Origin: an uncultured Gammaproteobacteria bacterium | Lineage (GTDB): Bacteria > Pseudomonadota > Gammaproteobacteria > SZUA-229 | Reading direction: 5' to 3' | Length of the DNA stretch: 64,000 nt | NCBI GenBank assembly: GCA_965602855.1 | Contig: CBFCZV010000011.1 | Location: forward strand, 453-64,452 | Shown here: positions 47,638-57,422 of the stretch, piece by piece | Position numbering within the stretch: position 1 is the first letter of the stretch | Layout: the number at the start of each line of letters is the position of its first letter | Position numbers and translations under genes: made by a program | The notes under the pieces: model-generated | What the model was told of the DNA's origin: nothing | Database searches by the model: none | The model's input: only the letters and a program-made list of their open reading frames with translations

Positions 47638-47674
47638 AAAAAAACCGGCACCCAAATCTAATCAGGTACCGGTC
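47638..47674 (-). terminator. rho-independent terminator after the LPP20-like gene
   Basis: Minus strand reads ACCGGTACC-12 nt-GGTGCCGGT followed by TTTTTTT. It lies upstream of the revised start at 47609. Confidence 0.6.
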
Positions 47675-47708
47675 TTTATTAACAATCATACTCAAATTTA
47701 TTCGAGAG

Positions 47709-48296
47709 TTATTGCCTACCTGCAGCAATTGCAGCGGCCAGTTCATCCTGACCTTTTTGAGCTTTAAACTGCTGCCATAAAGCCTTGTCATTATTCATAC
47801 TAGTACGTAGTGCTTCCTGTGTTGCTGTAGCTGCTGATGAGCTATCCATTCCAAGTAAAACATATAAGGTACCGTTTGGACTTGTTCGAGATTTATAAAT
47901 CTTGGTTCCAATCAGTGACTGATCGGTAATCTGCTTGGTAACAGACGTATTAACTTTATCTACTGTTTCTGAACTAGCCGCGCCTGTTGTTTCAGCATAC
48001 TGCTTAACCATATTACTAACATGGACTTTCATGCCTTGAGCCAGCTGAACTCGAGCATCAGTCGCTGCCATATTTTTCATAAAACTATGGCCTGCTGCTG
48101 ACTTCTCAGCAGATCCAACTGCAGAAACTTCAACACCTTCTACCGGCTCATCACACACCCAACTAGGAGCCGCCGTATTTGGCGCATCAGGGAATGCACA
48201 ATCTAACGCCACTTTAACCTCTTCAGGACTACAGGCCGCTAGCAATACAGACAAAGCCACACCACTTACGGCAAATAAACTATTTTTAACTTTCAT
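47709..48296 (-). CDS. LPP20-family lipoprotein
   Basis: Lipobox LLAAC. The VGSAEKSAAGHSFMKNMAATDARVQLAQ pattern is LPP20-like. Start set at MKVKNS (GGAG SD, 9 nt spacing). Confidence 0.6.
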   Translation of the reverse strand: MKVKNSLFAVSGVALSVLLAACSPEEVKVALDCAFPDAPNTAAPSWVCDEPVEGVEVSAVGSAEKSAAGHSFMKNMAATDARVQLAQGMKVHVSNMVKQYAETTGAASSETVDKVNTSVTKQITDQSLIGTKIYKSRTSPNGTLYVLLGMDSSSAATATQEALRTSMNNDKALWQQFKAQKGQDELAAAIAAGRQ

Positions 48297-48519
48297 TGTT
48301 TCCATCTCCACTCATTTAATCGGTAGTATTTTTTTCGTTGGATAAACTTAACTGAGATAACACTCATATGCAATTGATATCATCAAATTTATGACTTAAG
48401 TATATATGATATCGAAATACCCACTCTGTTAAGCAGCTCACAAAAAAACAATCAGATTCTCAGCATTCATTGCTATAATTCTGCCACTTTTAAACTAATT
48501 TTCATGACTGAGAAAGCAT

Positions 48520-48891
48520 ATGTACAAAATACTGCCCGTAATTTTACTCTTCCTGATCTCGGCCTGTGCTCCGGAAAATGTAAAGCCCGCCTGGATCAAT
48601 GACCCCGAACAGGGCGCTGTAGGCTCTTCAACCACTCATGTTAAAGGTCGTCATTATCAGGAAGATCTGGCAATTTCACGAGCCAGAGAAAAGCTGGCTG
48701 CGCGTTACGGTGTGGAAATCGGCAGTGATCAGATCATTACAGAACGGGTCGTTAACGACAAATTCTATGTTACATCCGACAAGGAAATTCGTCAGTCCAT
48801 TAAAAACAAGGTGGTCAAAGCCCATGTTCGAGCCACCTGGCACGACACATCACAGGATGAACTCTGGGTATGGGTCTTCCCCGTTAACTAA
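48520..48891 (+). CDS. small lipoprotein (LPP20-like)
   Basis: 123 aa. Lipobox LISAC; AVGSS...LAISRAREKLAARYG pattern. Confidence 0.55.
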   Translation: MYKILPVILLFLISACAPENVKPAWINDPEQGAVGSSTTHVKGRHYQEDLAISRAREKLAARYGVEIGSDQIITERVVNDKFYVTSDKEIRQSIKNKVVKAHVRATWHDTSQDELWVWVFPVN

Positions 48892-48913
48892 ATAATCCTA
48901 TCTGTCGTAGCCG

Positions 48914-49549
48914 CTATTTTTTTCCGGCTGTGGCAGAGGCTTCCTTTTTAGCCAGATGATCTACTATTCTAAGCATGTTCTCATAACTTCCAGCACTAGT
49001 ACCTGACACCAGATACTTGCCATTAACACCCATCGCTGGTACACCACTAATTGCAAAACCTTTCAACTTTTTAATGGCTTTGCGTACTAAGTTATCTATT
49101 GAGAAAGAACCATAAACCCCTCTGAATTCTTTTTCATTCACGCCTTTGGAAACCAGAAAAGCAATCATCGCATCTTCACTATGCAAATGAATCTTCTCTT
49201 TGTGCATAGCATCAAAAATTACTGAGTGATATTTTTCAACCAGCCCCAAAGCCTGCAATGAATAGTAGGTACGTGCATGCACCTTCCAATCAGGTCTAAA
49301 TACAGCTGGGACACGCACAAATTCAACATTGGCGGGTTTGGTTTTTAACCAGTTTTGTATAATCGGCTCAAACTGGTAACAGTGAGGGCAGCCGTACCAG
49401 AAGAATTCCAGCACCTCAATTTTATCGCCCGTTTCGGTAGGCTGTTCGGCAACACGCGTATATTCTACCCCCTCTGTATACTCTGCAGCCCGTGCAAAAC
49501 CACTGACTAAAAACAGGAAAAAAGTAATATAAGCTAATTTTCTCAACAT
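48914..49549 (-). CDS. dsbA: thiol:disulfide interchange protein DsbA
   Basis: 211 aa with signal peptide. FFWYGCPHCYQFEP active site. Confidence 0.88.
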   Translation of the reverse strand: MLRKLAYITFFLFLVSGFARAAEYTEGVEYTRVAEQPTETGDKIEVLEFFWYGCPHCYQFEPIIQNWLKTKPANVEFVRVPAVFRPDWKVHARTYYSLQALGLVEKYHSVIFDAMHKEKIHLHSEDAMIAFLVSKGVNEKEFRGVYGSFSIDNLVRKAIKKLKGFAISGVPAMGVNGKYLVSGTSAGSYENMLRIVDHLAKKEASATAGKK

Positions 49550-49591
49550 GTGCTCGTCACTCCGTACTTGAAGATTCTGATTTTATAATTC

Positions 49592-50857
49592 TTAAGGAAC
49601 CTGGCTATCAATGCTGACTGTCAGGTTAGTCGCTGCTGCAACATCATTGACCGTCACCTGGCCGATAAAGTCGCCACTTTGTGCAATCGCCGCACCCGTC
49701 TTAGTAACACGAGCCGATACCACTATCTGTTTGAAAGCACTCATGTTCATACCTTCCATCATAGCCATACTGTCATCCAGCACTACGGTAGTCGGTAACT
49801 CAGCCAGCGTTAATCGTTGTGCTGCCAGTGGCATCTTCGGGCCTGTTAAAGCTTTGGCATAAATAAACACAATATCATTGCCTGCAAATTTCTGTCTGAC
49901 CTCGGCACTCACATCAACACTGACCTGTAAGCTGGCAGTTTTTGCCACGGGTGCTGCAGATGGCATCAACTCATCCATTGAAGCCACTTCTTCACCCGCT
50001 TCAATCAGCTTTTTACGAACCTCAGTAATATAGAAGCGCAGTGATTGAGCAAAATTCGCGTCCTGTGCGGCGACAGCAGATAGGCGCGTAAAGTAATCAA
50101 GACTCTGGCGGAATTTACCAAACTGAAATTCAGCCATACCGGCAAACCACACTGCATTGACATTATCGGGAGCCAGCTCCAGTGCCTTCCGAGATAGCTC
50201 GTATGATTCGTCATTAAATTGCTGGCCATTTGTCATTATCAGCACTTCGGCGTGCTCCAGCATCACCTGTACATTAGCTTCAAAGCCACCCGCTTTCTTA
50301 TAAGCATTGGCAGCCTCAGCATAACGCTTCAGATGTTTGTAACTACGGGCCAGCATTAACCAGTCTTTGAACTCACCTTCATTTTCTTTCAGATAGGATT
50401 CCAGCCTCGCCACCATTTGATCCATAGAGGGCGCTGCATTATCCGACACCATGGCCTGTTGCTGTTGCTGCTGTGCCTCTGAATCTGCATGCATACCGAG
50501 TTGCGCATAGATCAAAAAACTCAGCGCGGGCAAAAATATCGCAATAACCAACGCCAGTGCAGGCTGTTTTTTAGCCTCGGTGGTGTAATGCAGGGAAGCG
50601 GTTTCTTTACTCTCTAGCGGTATATCTTCGAGCAGCCCCCTATCCATTTCCTGCCGGGCTATTTTGTAATCGTCCGGCTCAATTCGGCCCTCTTCTAAAT
50701 CAACTTCCAGTTCTTTTAGTTTTTCTTCGTGCAGCTTGATATTACTGGCTTTATAAGCCAAAGATTTGCTCTGTCGCACCCTGAGCAATGGGAAAACTAA
50801 AATTACTATAGCGACCAGCAGCATCAACAGCATTGCGCCCCAGAAAGAAATATTCAT
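49592..50857 (-). CDS. ccmI: cytochrome c-type biogenesis protein CcmI (TPR)
   Basis: 421 aa. N-terminal TM, second TM, TPR-like repeats. Positioned after ccmH with a 1-nt overlap. Confidence 0.8.
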   Translation of the reverse strand: MNISFWGAMLLMLLVAIVILVFPLLRVRQSKSLAYKASNIKLHEEKLKELEVDLEEGRIEPDDYKIARQEMDRGLLEDIPLESKETASLHYTTEAKKQPALALVIAIFLPALSFLIYAQLGMHADSEAQQQQQQAMVSDNAAPSMDQMVARLESYLKENEGEFKDWLMLARSYKHLKRYAEAANAYKKAGGFEANVQVMLEHAEVLIMTNGQQFNDESYELSRKALELAPDNVNAVWFAGMAEFQFGKFRQSLDYFTRLSAVAAQDANFAQSLRFYITEVRKKLIEAGEEVASMDELMPSAAPVAKTASLQVSVDVSAEVRQKFAGNDIVFIYAKALTGPKMPLAAQRLTLAELPTTVVLDDSMAMMEGMNMSAFKQIVVSARVTKTGAAIAQSGDFIGQVTVNDVAAATNLTVSIDSQVP

Positions 50858-51345
50858 TACCGGTCGTCCTCATTCTTATCTTCAGAAAGATTTAATTCTG
50901 ATTGCAGATTTTTTAATCGTTCCATGTCTTCAGCAGACAACTCAGCCGCATCCCCGGATGAGCGCTGTTGTGCAATGAAGCTCTTCGCATAAAACAGTCC
51001 GACCAGAAAAATTATTGCCGGCCCAAACCACAGCAGCCAGGTCATCGGCTCGAACGGTGGCTCGTACAAAACATAATCACCGTATCGATCAACCATGAAC
51101 TCTTTAATTTGGTCTTCTGTTTTGCCATCCTGCAACATGCCGTAGATTTCTTTACGTAAATCTGTCGCCAGCTCGGCATTAGAATCAGCAATCGACTGAT
51201 TCTGACAAACCAGGCAACGCAAGTTTTCACTCAATCGTTGGAAGGTTGCCTCCTGTTCGCTGGACTCAAACTTAAACGTCTCCATGGGCGCGGCCCACGC
51301 AGCAACATGAAAAGCCATTAACATTATGGCGAATAAAATTTTCAT
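50857..51345 (-). CDS. ccmH: cytochrome c-type biogenesis protein CcmH
   Basis: 162 aa. LRCLVCQNQSIADSNA motif. Confidence 0.88.
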   Translation of the reverse strand: MKILFAIMLMAFHVAAWAAPMETFKFESSEQEATFQRLSENLRCLVCQNQSIADSNAELATDLRKEIYGMLQDGKTEDQIKEFMVDRYGDYVLYEPPFEPMTWLLWFGPAIIFLVGLFYAKSFIAQQRSSGDAAELSAEDMERLKNLQSELNLSEDKNEDDR

Positions 51346-51896
51346 AATTTATTATCCGAAATCTGTTTTATCGCGGCCATCAGTTCATCATAGTTTTCCT
51401 GACCTGATACAGGGCCAATAACCTTGTGTCTGATAATACCCTGCTGATCAATCAAAAATGATTCCGGTGCGCCATACACGCCCCAGTCAATCGCAACTCG
51501 ACCACTTTCATCAGCAACCACCAGTTGATAGGGATTACCCAGCTGCGCCAGCCAGCTCAGCGCATCCTGCTTTTTATCCTTGTAATTAAAACCAATGATG
51601 CGCAAACCGGAACTGGCCAGATGTTTAACCGTCTCGTGCTCCTGCCTACAGGCATAACACCAGCTAGCCCAGACATTAACCAGCGTAATCTGGCCCTTTA
51701 ATTCTTCACTACTAAAAGTACCTTCCTGGTTAAGCAAGGGCAGTTCAAAAACGGGCACAGGCTTACCTATCAACGGTGAAGGAACCAAACGTGGATCCAA
51801 AGTTAAGCCCACAGCCAGCATCACAACCAGTAGACCAAAAAGGATCAACGGCATGAAGCGCTGCATCATCGACTTATTTTGTTTTGTTTCTGTCAT
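51342..51896 (-). CDS. ccmG: thiol:disulfide oxidoreductase DsbE/CcmG
   Basis: 184 aa. N-terminal anchor; WASWCYACRQEH; GVYGAPESFLID. Confidence 0.9.
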   Translation of the reverse strand: MTETKQNKSMMQRFMPLILFGLLVVMLAVGLTLDPRLVPSPLIGKPVPVFELPLLNQEGTFSSEELKGQITLVNVWASWCYACRQEHETVKHLASSGLRIIGFNYKDKKQDALSWLAQLGNPYQLVVADESGRVAIDWGVYGAPESFLIDQQGIIRHKVIGPVSGQENYDELMAAIKQISDNKL

Positions 51897-51899
51897 CTT

Positions 51900-53819
51900 T
51901 TACAACCGCTTCTGTCGGTAGCGTTTATCACTTATGGCCACAATGCCGCCAATGGCCATTAGCAGACAGCCCAGCCAGATAAAACTAATCATCGATTTGT
52001 AATACACACGCAAACTCCAGGCATTCTCACCCAGCGGCTCACCCATGGCTGCATATAAATCGCGGAACAGACCCGCATCAACTGAAGCTTCTGTCATAGG
52101 CATAGGGCTAGATTGGCTTTTGTATTCACGCTTCTGCGGACGTAAGTCAGCAATTTTTTTACCATCCTGACTCACTTCCAGGTGACCTTCTTCAGCATCA
52201 TAGTTTTCGCCCGTTACTTTTTTAACACCCAAAAACTTAAAGTCATAACCGGATAAATGATAAGAAGATCCTATCTCCAGCCTGACATCTTTTTCCTGAC
52301 TATAAGTCATCACCATGGTGACACCGGCTACAAAAAACGCCATACCCAAATGCGCCAGAATCATGCCTGAAAATGCCAGCGGCAAACGCTTGCTGATCTT
52401 TATTCTCTTATACAGGCTCTGCAAGGTAGTTATCGCAATCCACAGTGCACCCGCGAGTCCCAGACCGGTAGGAATATTCATCACACCATCAATCATGAAT
52501 GGAATAACCAGACCCAGCGACAGTGAAATGGCAAAAATAACTGAAAGCTCTTTCTTTAATCGCTGAACATTATCTTTCTTCCAGCGCATGCTCGGACCGA
52601 AACCCAGCAACAAAATCAACGGTATGGAAACCAGCGCAAACATGGTGTCGAAATAAGGCCGTCCTACAGAAATTTTACCAATGCCCAATGCGTCCACCAG
52701 CAGGGGATACATGGTGCCAACAAATACTGCGGTCGTCGCCGTCAGCAAAATAACATTGTTCAGCAATAGAGCCGTCTCTCTGGAGAACCAGCTAAAGCGA
52801 CCTGTGGAGACCACAGTACCTGAACGCCATGCGTACAAACCTAAAGATCCACCCACAGCCACGACAAGGAAAATAAGAATAAAGACACCACGCGAAGGAT
52901 CAGTAGCAAAAGCGTGCACCGAGACCAGCACACCCGAGCGCACGATAAAGGTACCCAGCAAGCTCATCGAGAAAGCCAGAATCGCCAGTAACACTGTCCA
53001 GCTCTTAAACACGCCGCGTTTTTCGGTACTGGCCAGAGAGTGCATCAGCGCTGTGCCCACTAACCACGGCATGAATGAAGCATTTTCAACTGGATCCCAG
53101 AACCACCATCCGCCCCAGCCCAGTTCGTTGTACGCCCACCAGCTACCCAGTGCGATACCAAAGGTTAAAAAACTCCAGGCTACGGTTGTCCAGGTACGCG
53201 ACCAACGCGCCCAGGTCGCGTCCAGCTTACCTCCCAACAATGCCGCCACAGCGAAGGCAAAAGCTACGGAGAAGCCTACATAACCCATGTACAACATCGG
53301 TGGATGCAAGGCCAGACCGGGGTCCTGCAATAAAGGATTTAGAGAATGACCGTCAGCAGGTGTTGGAAAAAGTCTTTCAAAAGGGTTGGATGTCCACAGC
53401 ATGAAAGCATAAAAACCGATACTGGTCAGACCCATGACTGCCAACACACGCGCCATCAAAACATTTGGCAGGTTTTTGCTGTAAACCGCTACCGCTGCAG
53501 TCCACCCGGCCAGAATCAATGCCCACAATAACATCGAACCTTCGTGTGAACCCCAGACGCCAGAGATGCGGTACAACAATGGCTGCACAAGGTTAGAATG
53601 ATTGGTCACGTACTGCACAGAAAAATCGTGCACGATAAAAGCATAGGTCAGCGCTGCATAAGAAATGCCAACAAACAAAAACTGCGCAAAAACCGCAGGT
53701 CTAGCCATCGAAATTAAAGTAGCGTCATTACGTGCTGCGCCAACCAGTGGCACTACGCTTTGTATAATCGCAATGCCAAAGGCCATAATCAGGGCGAAAT
53801 GCCCGAGTTCAGGAATCAT
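51900..53819 (-). CDS. ccmF: heme lyase CcmF
   Basis: 639 aa, polytopic. WGGWWFWDPVENASFMPW tryptophan-rich motif. Confidence 0.93.
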   Translation of the reverse strand: MIPELGHFALIMAFGIAIIQSVVPLVGAARNDATLISMARPAVFAQFLFVGISYAALTYAFIVHDFSVQYVTNHSNLVQPLLYRISGVWGSHEGSMLLWALILAGWTAAVAVYSKNLPNVLMARVLAVMGLTSIGFYAFMLWTSNPFERLFPTPADGHSLNPLLQDPGLALHPPMLYMGYVGFSVAFAFAVAALLGGKLDATWARWSRTWTTVAWSFLTFGIALGSWWAYNELGWGGWWFWDPVENASFMPWLVGTALMHSLASTEKRGVFKSWTVLLAILAFSMSLLGTFIVRSGVLVSVHAFATDPSRGVFILIFLVVAVGGSLGLYAWRSGTVVSTGRFSWFSRETALLLNNVILLTATTAVFVGTMYPLLVDALGIGKISVGRPYFDTMFALVSIPLILLLGFGPSMRWKKDNVQRLKKELSVIFAISLSLGLVIPFMIDGVMNIPTGLGLAGALWIAITTLQSLYKRIKISKRLPLAFSGMILAHLGMAFFVAGVTMVMTYSQEKDVRLEIGSSYHLSGYDFKFLGVKKVTGENYDAEEGHLEVSQDGKKIADLRPQKREYKSQSSPMPMTEASVDAGLFRDLYAAMGEPLGENAWSLRVYYKSMISFIWLGCLLMAIGGIVAISDKRYRQKRL

Positions 53820-54262
53820 TGTTTTTTCGCCGCCTCTTCTGCCGCCTCTAGTGCATCAGCCACTTCGGGGGGCATATAGTTTTCATCGTGCTTGGCCAGT
53901 ACTTCATCAGCAACAAACACTTTATTTTCATTTAATTTACCCATGGCCACGATGCCCTGCCCTTCACGGAACAGATCGGGCAGGATACCGCTGTATTCAA
54001 TGGCTATCTCTTGAGCGCCATCGGTCAAATCAAACTTCACCAGCAAACTCTCACTGGCGCGATTAACCGTACCCTCTACCACCAGACCACCGACACGAAT
54101 CGCTCGACCGCTGGGTGCGGTGCCATCATTAACTTCAGTCGGGCTATAAAAATACATCAAGTTTTCTTCGAATGCGGTCAGAGCTAGCACAGTTGCCAGC
54201 GAGATGCCCAGCAGCACCATCACAACCAGCAGTTTTCTTTTACTTCGTTTATTCATCGCCAT
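53816..54262 (-). CDS. ccmE: heme chaperone CcmE
   Basis: 148 aa. N-terminal anchor; LAKHDENYMPPEV heme-binding His motif. Confidence 0.92.
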   Translation of the reverse strand: MAMNKRSKRKLLVVMVLLGISLATVLALTAFEENLMYFYSPTEVNDGTAPSGRAIRVGGLVVEGTVNRASESLLVKFDLTDGAQEIAIEYSGILPDLFREGQGIVAMGKLNENKVFVADEVLAKHDENYMPPEVADALEAAEEAAKKQ

Positions 54263-54267
54263 TATTT

Positions 54268-54462
54268 CTAACCCGCCTTGCTAGCATTTGCATCGCGCCT
54301 AATTGCACGTTTAACCTGTGAAATAACGCGCTTTCGTTCAATGATGGGGGAAACAATATTGGCCACCACCATCACCAGAGCTAAACCATAAGATGTCCAG
54401 ACGAACACCGCGTAGCCGCCCATGTGAAAAAACTCTGACCAGCTAAATTCGGAACCATTCAT
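54268..54462 (-). CDS. ccmD: heme exporter protein CcmD
   Basis: 64 aa, single TM. Sits between ccmC and ccmE. Confidence 0.8.
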   Translation of the reverse strand: MNGSEFSWSEFFHMGGYAVFVWTSYGLALVMVVANIVSPIIERKRVISQVKRAIRRDANASKAG

Positions 54463-55208
54463 AATTTTTCTACCAGTTCTCTAACCCATTGACGATTACG
54501 TTCACGATACAACACCTGATTTCTTGCTCTTATCAGGACAATCGCCGCGTAAAAAAGTTTTGCGGCAATCGCCATTACTAACAAAGGAATCAACATATCG
54601 ATGTGCATGGAAGGTTTATCCATCTTCGATACGGTCGCGCCTTGATGCAGGGTATTCCACCATTGCACCGAGTAATGAATAATCGGAATATTGACCACAC
54701 CGACGATAGCCAGCAGGCCACTGGCCTTATCGGCTGTGCGTTGATCTTCAATTGAAGACTGCAGCGCCATATAACCAAAATACAGGAATAATAAAATCAG
54801 CTCGGAGGTTAGACGTGCATCCCATACCCAGTAAGCACCCCACATCGGTTTGCCCCAGAGTGAACCGGTCACCAGCGCGATAAAGGTAAACCAGGCACCA
54901 ATCGGCGCACTCGCAGCGGCGATCATATCAGCCAGTTTAATTTGCCAGATAAGACCAATAGCTGCGGAAACCGCCATCACCACATAAATAAACATCGACA
55001 TCCACGCGGCGGGCACGTGAATGAAAATAATACGATAACTTTCGCCCTGCTGGTAATCCGTCGGCGCCACAAATAAACCCATGTACACACCATAAACACC
55101 CAAAAATATGGCGCTTATCGCAAACCATGGCACCATTTTTCCGGAAACTCTATAAAAATGCTTGGGCGACGAAAATCGCTGTATCCAACCCCATATTTTT
55201 TTGAACAT
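54459..55208 (-). CDS. ccmC: heme exporter protein CcmC
   Basis: 249 aa. WGKPMWGAYWVWDARLTSE WWD motif. Confidence 0.92.
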   Translation of the reverse strand: MFKKIWGWIQRFSSPKHFYRVSGKMVPWFAISAIFLGVYGVYMGLFVAPTDYQQGESYRIIFIHVPAAWMSMFIYVVMAVSAAIGLIWQIKLADMIAAASAPIGAWFTFIALVTGSLWGKPMWGAYWVWDARLTSELILLFLYFGYMALQSSIEDQRTADKASGLLAIVGVVNIPIIHYSVQWWNTLHQGATVSKMDKPSMHIDMLIPLLVMAIAAKLFYAAIVLIRARNQVLYRERNRQWVRELVEKL

Positions 55209-55247
55209 AAGACATAAAACCTATTATTATATTTTTATCTTGCCAGC

Positions 55248-55919
55248 CTATCTGGAGGCTGTAATACGCAGAGCCACCGCCGTCGCTAGCGGCGCTAGCG
55301 ATATCGCCAGGGCCAGTACCGCGCCTAAAAACAACAACTGCCCCCGTACACTCATACCATCACTGGCAACATCGACCGCATTTGCCCCAAAAATTAGTAT
55401 GGGAATATACAACGGTAGAATGATTAATGACAGCAAAACACCGCCACGGTTCACTGCGACTGTCAATGAAACACCAATTGCACCCACTAGACTCAACACC
55501 GGCGTGCCCAGTAACAGGCTATATACCAGTGTCGGTATCGCCTCATCCGGCACGTACATGAACATGCCCAATAATGGTGCAATCAACACTAGCGGCAATC
55601 CGGTCAACAACCAGTGCGCGAACACTTTCGCCAGCACCAGAATCACCAATGGATTCGGACTCAGCATCAACTGATCCAGCGAGCCGTCTTCGTAATCCTG
55701 CTTGAATAGACGATCTAGCGACAATAATACTGAAAGCAATGCCGATACCCAGATTACACCCGGCGCCATCACCGTTAACAGGTCAGCACTTGGTGTCACT
55801 GCTAACGGGAATAAACTCACCACCAGCACAAAAAAGATCAGCGGATTAGCCAGCTCATGGCGTGTACGGAACGCCAGTCGTAAATCTCTAGCCAGCAAAT
55901 GATAAAACGCTTTTAACAT
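55248..55919 (-). CDS. ccmB: heme exporter permease CcmB
   Basis: 223 aa, 6 TM. Sits between ccmA and ccmC. Confidence 0.9.
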   Translation of the reverse strand: MLKAFYHLLARDLRLAFRTRHELANPLIFFVLVVSLFPLAVTPSADLLTVMAPGVIWVSALLSVLLSLDRLFKQDYEDGSLDQLMLSPNPLVILVLAKVFAHWLLTGLPLVLIAPLLGMFMYVPDEAIPTLVYSLLLGTPVLSLVGAIGVSLTVAVNRGGVLLSLIILPLYIPILIFGANAVDVASDGMSVRGQLLFLGAVLALAISLAPLATAVALRITASR

Positions 55920-56572
55920 TTGACCCCCAGAGTAACTGAACTCATCTCACAGGGCAGCTGCATACCGTGGTGCGTGGTAAAGATTGCGCTGCCACCGACT
56001 TCACGGTGCTCCATCAACATGGACTCGACCAGCGCCACGCCTTGTACATCCAGCGCGGTTAAGGGCTCATCCATAATCCATAGCTTTGCCTTGGTCAGCA
56101 GTAAAAAAGCCAGCAAGATGCGGCGACGCTGCCCCGATGAAAGCGCCTTGCTGGGCACATCATCAAAACCTGCCAGACCCACTTTTGCCAGAGCTTCATC
56201 AATTTCTTCGAGCGGTGCCGATTGTGAACGGGTATCGAGCAAAGAATGAATGTTTTCCAGTGTGGTTAAATCGCCTTTAATGCAGGGCAGATGCCCGATA
56301 TACACCATGCTGTTATAAAAATCTTCACGCACATCGCTGACTTTCTCGCCCTGCCAGTAAACATCGCCTTCTTCAGCAAGGCGCAAACCACAGAGAATGC
56401 GCAGCAAACTGGTTTTGCCGCTGCCGTTAGCACCCTCAATCTGCAGTATTTCACCGGCGGCCAGCTTGATAGACAGATCAGTAAACAACAGACGATCATC
56501 ACGCACACACTCCAGCTGGCGCGTTTCTAACATCAATGCAGTTTTTTCTGACTCAGTATCAACCATCATCAA
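55913..56572 (-). CDS. ccmA: heme exporter ATP-binding protein CcmA
   Basis: 219 aa. Walker A GANGSGKTSLLR, signature LSSGQRRR, Walker B LWIMDEP. Confidence 0.92.
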   Translation of the reverse strand: MMMVDTESEKTALMLETRQLECVRDDRLLFTDLSIKLAAGEILQIEGANGSGKTSLLRILCGLRLAEEGDVYWQGEKVSDVREDFYNSMVYIGHLPCIKGDLTTLENIHSLLDTRSQSAPLEEIDEALAKVGLAGFDDVPSKALSSGQRRRILLAFLLLTKAKLWIMDEPLTALDVQGVALVESMLMEHREVGGSAIFTTHHGMQLPCEMSSVTLGVKC

Positions 56573-56622
56573 ACTTATTATTTTAATAAACCCTTATTTA
56601 TAGACGTATATATATTTAAAGC

Positions 56623-56652
56623 AAAAAAAAGGATGGTTTAACCATCCTTTTT
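56623..56652 (-). terminator. rho-independent terminator after cytochrome c4
   Basis: Minus strand reads AAAAAGGATGG-TTAAA-CCATCCTTTTTTTT, 27 nt after the stop. It separates c4 from the ccm operon. Confidence 0.75.
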
Positions 56653-56678
56653 CAGTAATCGACCTAATTGCTAGCCAA

Positions 56679-57290
56679 TTATTTAAGACTTGCGATGTAT
56701 TGTGCAACCGCCTCAATTTCAGCATCGGTCATACTAGCCAGTGCATTGCGCATTACTTTTCCATCATCATTGCTCCTTGATCCATCTTTAAAAGCACGCA
56801 GCTGCTTCATTGTGTACATAGCAAACTGACCAGTCAACTGCGGATATCCCGAACCCGGATTACCTGCGCCAGTAGGACCATGACAACCCTGACAGGCTGG
56901 TACGCCTGTTTGCAGGTTACCACCTTTATAAATCTCACGCCCCATAGCCAGCTTGCTTTCATCCGCTGTCGCTGTGCTAACTAACTTTTGAGATGCAAAA
57001 AAAGCAGCAATATCCTGAGCATCTGTATCACTCAAAGCCGCTACCTGAGCGTCCATCATTGGATCCTGACGTGTTGTCTTCGCCTTAAAATTAGCAATTT
57101 GCTTAACGATGTATTTTTCGCTCTGACCCGCCAGATTAGGAAATGTCGGCACCATGCTACTACCTTCTGCACCGTGACACCCACCACAAACCGCCGCTTT
57201 GTCCTTACCTGCTGCTGCATCACCCGCTGCGTGAACCACGCCAGCCAGCGATAATAATAAAACCACACTTGATACAATTATTTTCTTCAT
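56679..57290 (-). CDS. diheme cytochrome c4
   Basis: Start set at MKKIIVSSVVLLL (signal peptide). CGGCH and CQGCH, each followed by a distal Met region. Divergent from engB, as in many gammaproteobacteria. Confidence 0.88.
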   Translation of the reverse strand: MKKIIVSSVVLLLSLAGVVHAAGDAAAGKDKAAVCGGCHGAEGSSMVPTFPNLAGQSEKYIVKQIANFKAKTTRQDPMMDAQVAALSDTDAQDIAAFFASQKLVSTATADESKLAMGREIYKGGNLQTGVPACQGCHGPTGAGNPGSGYPQLTGQFAMYTMKQLRAFKDGSRSNDDGKVMRNALASMTDAEIEAVAQYIASLK

Positions 57291-57422
57291 TACTTCAAAA
57301 CTCCAGACATACCAGCCCACCAATGGGCAAAAAGTGGCGAGATTCTACACTAAGCAGCATATTTCATAAAGCTAGACAGTTAAATGTTGTCATTATCTTT
57401 ATTACACGGATAATGCACCATC

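Noticed and set aside
52681-53283. 200-aa plus-strand ORF (and 53075-53404, 53665-54066)
   Set aside because: It lies entirely antisense to ccmF/ccmE, which have unmistakable motifs. Its composition is Pro/Arg/Thr-rich shadow-frame sequence, so I treat it as a non-coding shadow ORF.
55162-55674. 170-aa plus-strand ORF
   Set aside because: It is antisense to ccmC/ccmB and has no RBS or recognisable motif. Shadow ORF.
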